Origin: the human T2T-CHM13v2.0 reference genome, Homo sapiens
NCBI RefSeq assembly: GCF_009914755.1
Contig: NC_060925.1
Direction: 5' to 3' (one strand)
Length of the DNA stretch: 64,000 bases
Within the stretch, counting starts at the first letter, position 1. Each line of letters begins with the position of its first letter. The notes under the pieces were generated by a model. That model was not told the DNA's origin, did not search any database, and saw only the letters and a program-made list of their open reading frames with translations. Position numbers and translations under genes: made by a program. Below, piece by piece: positions 53,181 through 64,000 of this stretch.

Positions 53181-54295
53181 CCATCCCCATTTCTACCTCC
53201 ACCCATTGCTTCTCTAGCAGGACTGGAAATACCTGTCTGCATTGGCGAGCTCCCAAATCTTGCCCAGGCGCCTCCCACCGTGTGCAGCTGAGGAAGGCTG
53301 TGCTCTGAGCGTGGGGTTGCCAAGTCAGCTCCCAAGGCAGCTCTGGCACCAACGACCCAGAGAAACAGGCCCAGAGGGGAGAAACGACAGATATCCTGAC
53401 ACGGGAGATTGAAAGGGAGGAATGAAATACAAGATCACTTACTGGACCCATGCAGGGTGCCAGACCCTGGACTAGATGCTTTATAACTCTTGTGTAACCT
53501 TCACAGAAACCCTGCGAAGTAAGTAGAGCTCCCTTTGACTAATGAGAAAACTGAGGCTCAGGGAGATGAAGTAACTTGGCCCAAGCTTTCCCAACTAGGT
53601 TATGGCAGAGCTGGATTGAGACCCAACCCAAACTTCATCAAACCTACTCCCTTGGAGGCTTCGCCCTCAGACACAAAGATATCTTGCATATCTTGCCCCT
53701 CAGAGATTCCACCTCCTCAGCCTGGTGATGCTGTAGGGATGCTGGGTCGGCTTAAGCAACATTGCCTGTCCAGGTCCTTCCCATTCAGTTGGCTCCCTTG
53801 GAAGCCTTCCATGAAAGCAACGTGCTGATCTCATCCCAATCCGAAGTACTAAGACTCAAACTGAGTGCACCAGGCATCAGACTCACAGAATCACTGCTGC
53901 AGCATCATGAGAGAACCTCCAGGATGGGCCTAAGCACTACTTGGCCCCAGAATCCCTGGCACATCATTTCTCCATGTAGTCATCCAAGCCCCTATCTCAT
54001 TACATCCTGGGCCAGGAAGCTCAGCACTACTGTTGTACCCATTCCATCCTTAGTAAGCTCTGCCTGCTGGACAGTTCTTCCAGGTGTAAAGGTTTTAGTG
54101 CTTTTGGGTGACTGAGATGGAAGGGAAGAGGCAGGAGCAGTGGGCCAGTCTCTCCCACCATCCCTCCTGCAAATAGTCCCAAAGTAGCAGCTTTTCAACA
54201 ATGCATTTCAACATAATACCCTGATCTATTGATAAGACTATAATGGAAACATGTTAATGAATGCAGCATGGAAGCAAGGCTAGAAGAAATGGTAA

Positions 54296-54614
<319 letters not shown>

Positions 54615-55134
54615 GAGCCAAGTGTTTTTTAGTCTTTGGATCTTTACCAATCATTGGGAAGGATCTCCCTCCCCGCTGTTAGAATTGGCCACACCTTTGA
54701 TCTAAACTGCTGTCTCCAGTGGTTTCTTGAGGATAAACTAATCTCATTTAGACATTAAAATAACTTTCTGTTAAATGACATTTAAAATGGTTTTCAATTT
54801 TTAAAAGTTTATGATATGGCCTTTTTTTTCTGGAAACTTATTTTGTGACTTTTATTGTTATTGCCATTTTTTGTCTGATTTATATGTATATTGGAGATTT
54901 TTTGTTAAGAAAAGGAACCTAGCCCTATAACTTGTTCCCTCACTGTGCCAGGAGTGAAAGCTGATTTAAAAAATAGTCCCTGAGGTTCAAAACAAAAGAC
55001 TTTCCTCTAGGTTGTCCTTGATTCATAGTCATTACTCTCTGGGAAAGCTTATTCAACCAACGAGGATTCCACCTAACCTAAGTATCAGGCAGCCCCCATA
55101 TTTTCAAATTGCTGACAAGGATATCAGAAAATAT

Positions 55135-55330
55135 TCTCTCTCTCCCCCTCCTCCTCCTCCTCCTCTTCTTCCTCCTTCTTCTCCTTCTCCTGCTTTCTTC
55201 TTTCCTCTTTCCTCCTCCTCCTCCTTCTCCTCCTCCTCCTCTGCTGCTGCTTTTCCTCCTCCTCCTCCTCCTCCTCCTCCTCCTTCTCCTTCTTCTTCTT
55301 TTCTCTCTCTGTCTCTCTCTCTGTCTCTCA
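55135..55330 (+). repeat. (CCT/CTT/CT)n polypyrimidine tract
   Basis: ~195 nt almost purine-free. Confidence 0.95.
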
Positions 55331-55605
55331 GAGCTGGGGTATTCTCCTCCTCTTGCCTTTGAACATCAAAACTCCAGGCTCTCCAGACTTGGGACTGTGA
55401 GTTATACCATTGGCCTCCCTGGTTGTGAGGCTTTTGGAGTTGGACTGAGCCACACTTTTGCCATCCCAGGGCCTTCTTTGTGCATGTTGTAGGACTTGGC
55501 CTCCACCATCATGTAAGCCAATTCCCCTAATAAATCCCATCTCATATTTCTATATCTGTATCTATCTATCTTATTGGTTCTGTCTTCCTGGTGTATACCT
55601 AATAT
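55330..55605 (+). mobile_element. MLT2-like ERVL LTR 3' portion
   Basis: ctccaggctctccagactttgggact...taataaatcccatctcatat...ttattggttctgtc, typical of the MLT2 U3/R end. Confidence 0.7.
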
Positions 55606-58577
55606 TTCAGCAGGCCTTGGGAAGAAAGGACCTGAGCTGCTCCATAGCCCTGCACAAAGAAGATGGTGTGACCTCAGAGATGTCTGCTTGGCATCGTTAA
55701 GCACAGGTGTTCCTAATCAGCAAAGTTTCTCATTGTCTATAGATAAGCAGAGAATTACTTGATATCAAATGAACCCTGAAAGGTGGAACACATGGGCTTT
55801 TAGTAGTGACCACATTTGATGTGTTAACATTGCTTGTACCAATTAAGCACCACATAACTATCCCATATTCTAGAATAGAAAGGGTGGCTTTAATAATCGA
55901 TAATAGGGATGTTGTTAATCAGGCATATATTAAGTTATATCTGAGTTAAAAAAGAAAAGAAAAGATTGTCATCCAGGGACTCTGTTGACCACATGCCTGT
56001 AAGCAGCAGTCTTATTACCAGATCCGTAAAGAAGTGCGGTTTCTCATATATTGTCATTTAACTTTTTGTGTGCCTATCTTCTATCCCAATGAAACACTTA
56101 GCCCCACAAGGGTGTGGATATTGTCCTGTTTGTCTTTGAATTCCTGCTTCAGAAAGGCCCTGCTTACTTTTCCAGCCTGGTTTCTCACTTATCCCTTTAT
56201 CGCAGTGTGCATGACTTTGCAGGCCTTAGAACTACTGTGCTCTTTCACATACCAGTGTCTTAGCACTTAGCTTCTGTCTCGATAGAATGCCCTTTTCTCC
56301 TTTCCAGACTCACTGCTGGCCACAGGTCAAATTTCTGTTGATCTGTTCCCTTCAGGACACATTCCGTGACTTTTCCCACCACGCCCTCACCTTCACCCCA
56401 GCCCTTTTCCTACCTTGTTATTGTATCTTTACACACTCCACAAAACATTCCTTGAAGGCAGAGGTGTCTCTTCTGCCTCCCCAGTGCTTGCCAAGTTCCT
56501 GGCATATTGCAGAGGTAGCGGCTTGTGCCTCTCTGAGTTTATATTCAACTTTCTTTAAGATCTCATCCTTCCTCTTCCAGAAGCTCGGCCTCTTTTGAGG
56601 CCTCAACCCTTCTCTGCTCAGAGATCGGCTGTAAGAAGAAGGAACTTTGCCAACTTCCAGGGAAATCCCTGGGCCTATCATACATTCATTCCTTTATTTA
56701 TTCATCCTTTTGTTTACTTTCTATGAATTCAATCCTGCAATAACATGAGAAATGAGCTGCCTCTTTATGTGCAAGATGGACTCAAGGTGGCCTTTCCAGT
56801 CAGTCCCCATCCCTGCAGTGGTGCCTCCTAGGAAAGATATAAAAGGAATCAAAGGGATTGGGGGCTGCTGGCCTTTTTTGGAAGCAAGACTGCTCAGGGC
56901 CTAAGGGAAGCCCAGAGAACCAGCCTCAAGAAGGGACTGCCTTCCAGAGGGACAAGGGTTCAGGCCCTCAGAAAGTAGAGGGGACCAGTTTACCAGCACT
57001 AGGAGCTCTTGGGGCTGGTTTCCCAACCTTACTACCTCCTTCCCAAGCCCCAAGGGGCTCCATCTCCTGCACAAATACCTAGGGAGACCCCTACTCTTGG
57101 CTTCCAGCCCTGCCCCACGCCGCTCTCAAGACTCTCCTCCTGGGTGGTCCTGTGCCAGCCCATGTGTTCTACTTTCCTAAAAGGAAGGTATCCTTGGTCT
57201 CATTGGTTGCCCAGTTGAATGCATTCCACTGACCCCTGCACATACTTCTTGTTCCTTTTTTAGAAGATACTTTGGAGATCAGCATCCTCCCCCTCAAAAA
57301 CAAAGAGGAAGAAGAGACCCACAGCAATGTTAGGCATGCCTCCTGCCATGCGGCCCTCTCCCCACCCTTCAGACACCTCTTCTGAAACTCCCCAGGGCCC
57401 CCAACCCACCCTGTCTCTGTGGCACCAAGTCGCTTGCCTAACTGTGTCTCTGTAGGAGCTCCAAGCTGCCTCTCTGCCTGCTTCTCTCTTCCAGTGTGCA
57501 CTTCTTGGAGAAAGAGGCTGTGGCTCAATGGAAGTTTGCTGAACACAGGGTCACAGGCCAGAGGCGAGTAGCAGATCAAAGCCCAGAGCTCCAAAATGTC
57601 ACCTAGGCTCCCAGCCATACATCACAGCCTTCACCACTTCCTGCAATTCACCCACTGCGTACACCTGTCCTGTCAATTGGGTGTTTTCTAATTCTCTCCC
57701 CAGTCCTCGCTTCCCCCTAACCCCCTGCCCCATGGCAACTGCATAAGTAACATCCACAAGATCTGATTTGGAGGGAATACTAGAGACTTGGGCAGGGACA
57801 CATTAGGCCTGGGAGGCTGATCATTGGTCTAGGGAAAGAGCAAGAACATAAACTTAAGGGCCTTTGCCAGGGAGTTGGGGGTGGGCATTAACCCAGGACA
57901 AGACTCCAAAGAGAAGGCCTAAGACATGGAAATCTATAGGCAGGGACACAGGCAGGACAGTAATACTAATCACAAGCAGAAGTCAAGGCTCCACGATCTC
58001 GGCTAATAATCCAGCATCCCTATGGGGTAGACGCCAGAGGCCCAGAGCAACTGGCATCAGGGAGATGACGGAGAGGTTGCGAGCTCAACTCAGACCCAGG
58101 GTAGGTCTGAATGAGGTCCTTCCTACCTCCCTATTTAGGAGAGCTTCTAGACTAGTCTGGGATGGATGGAGTTGTTAAGCAAATGTATCTGCCAGGATGA
58201 GAGTGGGGTAAGGGAGCAGAAGAATCTTAACAGGAATAAGGCCACTTTTATGCAGGATTCAAAATGCCTGAAATTCTCAAGTCACAGGTTCAGTTAGGTT
58301 CAAAGAAATCTCTCACATTTCTTATCTGATGAACAAATAGCAAGCATGTTGGTGGAAAACGGGATAGGTGGTGAGTGACAGCATACCAAAACTTCCCTGT
58401 GAGGGGGCCCTTTAGACCCACTCTTCTCCCCAAAGGAGGGCCTGAAAAAGCACGTGGACTTGGGGGAAGGCACTGGGAGTTGGGGCAAAGACAGCAGAGT
58501 GGGTTTTGCCAGAGCCACCCAGTGAGGACGGAAGGACCCAACACAGCTCCTGCAGAGTTGTGGTCACTTAATTTGAC

Positions 58578-58583
58578 TTTATT
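58578..58583 (-). terminator. SLAMF9 poly(A) signal AATAAA
   Basis: tttatt on + strand ~145 nt after the stop codon. Confidence 0.8.
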
Positions 58584-58726
58584 GCCAGCCAGTCTTCCCT
58601 CAGAAGTATGGCTCTCTGGATACCCACCCCTGAGCACCTCCTTCCCCTGGAAAGAAGAGAGCTGAGGAAGGATTCTCTGGGTGCTGGGAAGAAACCAAGC
58701 TCAGGACTGGGGTTCCCAAGGAGCAG

Positions 58727-58999
<273 letters not shown>

Positions 59000-59280
59000 C
59001 TACCCAAATTTCATGAAGGGGTCTCAAGTTCACAATCAGTTGAAGTCCCCTTGCAAGTGTCTCTGGAAATATATTCTATGCACAGAAGCTCAGGAACTGA
59101 GATCTAGGAATCATTCTGAAGCCAAGCAAGAGAAAAGAAAAGACCTTTGGAAGTTGGGGGCACTAGAAAAACGGAGGGTCTCCTCTCCAATCCAGGTGTC
59201 AAGCCTCCATGGGAGGGGGTTAGCTTCTGAATTCCCTGGGCTCTCTTGGGAAGAGCTGGGGGAGGGAGATGGTGCCTCTA

Positions 59281-59628
<348 letters not shown>

Positions 59629-60279
59629 CTAAACAATCAGGGATCGGGTCTGTTTTCCTAAGCTCCTCAAACCTGGGGTACTAATGCTACCCCTTGACAG
59701 CCCCTGCACCTAAACAACAAATAGGCAAAAGCAAACAAACCCAACCACCATAAAACCTGTGGTTTCAAGGTCCCCAAGGCAACTGTCAAGGAAGACAGAG
59801 CTGCCTTTGGCATCTTCCACCTCCCCTTTACGTATTCTCTCTCTTACTTTTGTACTCTACCTTCCTCCAAACCCCATTCTGTCTCCTTGATCCCATGAAA
59901 TATTATCGCCCCTCTCAGGGGCATTTACATTTTAATCAGTGTCCCTTCAAGCTTCAAGGTAGATGCAGTGTGACAGACACTAAGAAGAAATTTGGGTTCA
60001 AGTAAAGAGAAGATACTCATTAGTAGCCCTCATCACACAGGGAAATAAAAGGCTCAAGAATGTAGGTGGTGTTCATCCCCAGAACACAATTTCACTGGAA
60101 GAGAAAAGCCCCCTACAGGATCTGTACATGAAGCCCCTGATCCCTGCCACTGCATCGGACAGCCTCCTTGCTCCAGGTCACTCCGCCTGTTGCTGCGGTT
60201 CAGATACAACAGGTGGATTGGGCACACTCAATCACAGTATCTAGATTGGAGACAGTCTGCCTCCAGTTCTAGCCCCTCA

Positions 60280-60807
<528 letters not shown>

Positions 60808-61157
60808 TCAGCTGGGCAGCTTCTATGACTCTCACACTAAATCCTGTTCTCCAGCTGCTGCTTCTGACTCTAGATTTCCCCTTTCCCTGAGTTAAGCACC
60901 TAAAAGGAGTTTGCTTCCATCTGTCCCTTCACCCTCCAAGTTTTACCTTCTCCTTTGCCATCTTGGGATTGCTCTTTCTTCCATATCCCCAGGTGTCTCT
61001 CGGTCCTGCCCTGAAGCCACACACCCTACTCCTTGTAACTCCAGAAGAGCTGACACATTCAACCCCTAAGAAAGGGTCTTACTGGCCCAGACCCAGTGGG
61101 GCAGGGGAACAGAGGTGTAGGGGACATTCCTGTGCACGAGCTGGCAGCTTCACTCAC

Positions 61158-61203
61158 CCTCCTGGAGCAGCAGGAGAAGAAGCAGCCAAGGAAAGGCACA
61201 CAT
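61158..61203 (-). CDS. SLAMF9: SLAMF9 (CD2F-10/CD84-H1) exon 1, signal peptide
   Basis: MCAFPWLLLLLLLQE|gtgagt; CDS 46+345+273+206=870 nt =289 aa + stop. Confidence 0.94.
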
Positions 61204-61862
61204 GTCAGCAGCCCCCAGCCCCAGAGGTGTGATTCAGTCAGTCAGTCCCCAGGACTGTGCAGAAGACTGCATTAGGAGGCTCCTAGACACAAAGAGCCTG
61301 ACTGATGGTCCTGAGAAAAGGGAAATAATTTTCCCCTGACTACAGCCCTCTGACGTCCTCTGTCCTCACTAAGCCCCTCCCTATGTATCATGGCTCTCTT
61401 AGTTCTCTTTCAGATCCTGATTGTCATGACAGTTTACTCACTGACTCATGATGCCATCCACCAAACTCAGCCCAAATCCCACTTCCTAAATGAAGTCTTT
61501 CAAGACTTCCTACCCGCCCCAGGTCCCCGCACGTACTGCATGCCCCGAACTCGTAGAACATTCCCTATCCTGTTATTTGGCTCCCAGGATATTCTTCCCT
61601 AGCTCTCTCTGGGTAATTCCTATGTTGCTGTGATCATTTGATCTTATAAACATCTATATCTCCCCAGACAGACTTCATCTTTCATTTCCTGTGTATGTCC
61701 CATTATTGCTGGCCCCATACTAGACATGTGTCTGCACTCAATTGATAGCTTTATAATGGATGAATGATTAAGCCTTTTTATTTAAAGCTAGTTATGTTCC
61801 CACCTGAGAGGCTATTCGCAGGGGAAAAACATTTGATTCAATCCTCTTTAAGAAAGCAGTTT

Positions 61863-62180
61863 GGCCGGGTGCAATGGCTCACATCTGGAATCCCAGCACT
61901 TTGGGAGGCCGAGGCAGGCAGATCACCTGAGGTCAGGAGTTTGAGACCAGCCTGGCCAACATGGTGAAACCCCGTCTCTACTAAAAATACAAAAATTAGC
62001 TGGGCATGGTGGCGTGCCCCTGTATGCCAGCTACTCAGGAGGCTGAGGCAAGAGAATCACTTGAACCCAGGAGGTGGAGGTTGCAGAGAGCCAAGATTGT
62101 GCCACTGCACTCCAGCCTGGGTGACAGAGCAAGACTCTGTCTCAAAGCAAAAAAAAAAAAAAGAGAGAAGAAAAAAAAAA
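61863..62180 (+). mobile_element. AluS upstream of SLAMF9
   Basis: Full Alu with A tail. Confidence 0.93.
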
Positions 62181-63039
62181 GTAGTTTGATCAGAGAGTTG
62201 ATCTATGTTGTTCATATTATGAAAAGACTTTAAATCGTTTTGTGAGAATACAATGTTGATCAACTTATATGAATTCAGATTCAAGAAGAGACTGCAGAGG
62301 ATCAGGGTTATTAAATAGCTTCCTGGCAGTCAAAGCTGTTCTGGATGCAATGGGCTGCCTTAGAAAGTAGCTTCTGTCCCTAGTATTCAAGCTAAGAGGA
62401 CAATCACTTGCTTGGATTATCTGCAACATCTCTGCCATCAGATGGATTCTCAGACTGGATAATCTTTAAGTTTCTTCTAATAATCAATTTTATGAGTCTG
62501 TGCTGTGAAGAGTGGTGTCTCAAGACCAAGGGAACAATAGAGGAAGACGTATTCAGCTTTGGTCTTGTGCCAACATTTCCTAGTTTTAGGTTAGCAAATT
62601 CAGAAATCTGTTAAATGTTTATTGAGTAGCTTCTATGGTCCATACACTGTCTTAAGTGCTGGGGAATTAACAGTGACCAAGAATTTTAGATCGTGACTTC
62701 ATGGAGCTCATAATGCTAACAATTGACATTGGACAAGTAACTACAAGTTTGATGAATCTTACCAAAGGAATAATTGAAGGAGCCTATAATAAGGCGATTT
62801 GGCAAAGTTGGAGTCAGGAGGGTTGGGGAAAAGCTATCAAGGAGAGATATTTAAGATGAGACCTTAGTTCTTCAAAGATTGGTAGAATCTGCTTAGTGAA
62901 GAAGATAATGAAGTGAGTAGTTCTTAAATTTCAATTTATGAGTATAAAACCTGAGGGATTAGAATTTTTTCTTAAAGGTGAACCAGATTTCAGTCTGAGT
63001 ATAAAACGTTTTTATGTAATAAATCTGTTTAACAAATAA

Positions 63040-63900
63040 AATTAGATCCAGCAATCCCACTGTTGGGTATACATCCAAAGGAAATGAAATCAGTATGTTA
63101 ATGAGGTATCTGCACTCCACGCTTATTGCAGCACTATTCACTAGAGCCAACATATGGAATCAACCTAAGTGTCTATCAATGGATGAATGTGTAAAGAAAT
63201 TGTAGATATATACACAATGGAATACTATCCATCCTTAAACAAAGAAGGAGGCTGGGCAAGGGAGCTCATGCCTATGATCCTAGCGCTTTGGGAGGCCAAG
63301 GCAGGAAGATCCCTTGAGGCCAGGAATTTTAGACCAGCCTAAGCAACATAGAAAGACCCCATGTCTACAAAAAAAATTTTTAAACATGATCAGGGCATGG
63401 TGATGCATGCCTGTAATCCTTGCTATATGTGAGGCTGAGGTGGGAGGATTGTTGAGCCCGGGAGTTTGAGGGTGCAGTGAGCTATGATCATGCCACTGCA
63501 CTCCAGCAGAGACCACCCAGAATAGAGATGCATCTACTCCCAGCCAGGGGTAAGAGAGAGGGAACCAGCAAAACTTAACCAGCAAAACTGCCCTTAACAG
63601 AAAATAGTGCATCCTAGCCATCCTCCAGGCCCACTGAGTGCAAAGCCACTCAGCTAGGTAAGAAGAGTTTTGACACCTCCCCATCCTCCTGGAGTGAGGA
63701 AAGCTGAGTAGCGGGTGGTAAGTTGAGAGGGAGCAAAGCAAAACAAAACAAAACAACAACAACAACAAAAAGAAGGAAATGCTACCATTTACAACAACAT
63801 GGATGAACCTGGAGGACATTATGTTTAGTGAAATAAGCCAGACACAGAAAGACAAATACCACATAAGTTCACTTAATGTGGAATGTATAAAAAGGTTAAA
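63040..63900 (+). mobile_element. L1 ORF2-end/3' fragment interrupted by an Alu (63250-~63770)
   Basis: gatccagcaatcccactgttgggtata...; resumes aaatgctaccatttacaacaacatggatgaacctggaggacattatg after the Alu. Confidence 0.85.
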
Positions 63901-63903
63901 CTA

Positions 63904-64000
63904 GGCCAGGCACGGTGGCTCACACCTGTAATCCCAGCACTTTGGGAGGCCGAGGCGGGGGGATCACAAGGTCAGGAGATCAAGACCATCCTGGCTGACA
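63904..64000 (+). mobile_element. Alu 5' part (truncated by window edge)
   Basis: ggccaggcacggtggctcacacctgtaatcccagcac. Confidence 0.92.

Noticed and set aside
55012-55492. Poly-Leu/Pro ORFs
   Set aside because: Translation of the CT-rich simple repeat.
56418-56681. ORF with coiled-coil-looking KRKDEILKKVEYKLREAQ
   Set aside because: No recognisable homologue, no splice support, and it runs into old repeat sequence.
58130-58139. Isolated CArG boxes (also 1719-1728, 56872-56881)
   Set aside because: Single occurrences at chance frequency with no supporting cluster.

Overview
Human (primate) genomic DNA, recognised as the 1q23 locus with four protein-coding genes in tandem, all on the minus strand. 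They are SLAMF9 (4 exons, 289 aa), IGSF9 (21 exons, 20 coding, 1179 aa), TAGLN2 (199 aa, plus an alternative first exon giving 220 aa) and the first two exons of CFAP45/CCDC19, with MIR4259 in CFAP45 intron 1. I resolved all coding exons to GT-AG boundaries, and the summed CDS lengths are in frame (IGSF9 3540 nt, TAGLN2 600 nt, SLAMF9 870 nt). The non-coding space is rich in Alu, L1, ERVL/MaLR LTRs and DNA transposons. The most notable unexplained structures are: a compact SRF (CArG)/TEAD/NF-kB motif cluster at ~16.2-16.45 kb, a candidate mechanoresponsive TAGLN2 enhancer; a 173-bp non-Alu retroposed insert with AATAAA, poly(A) and a perfect 16-bp TSD at ~18 kb; a ~21-bp-period GAAYTCC array at the start of IGSF9 intron 1; a nested hAT>Tigger1>Alu and hAT>LTR stack; a locally templated 31-bp insert inside an Alu; and RFX X-boxes. 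I found no evidence of a wholly new gene system. Gene and repeat names come from recalled sequences, not database searches.
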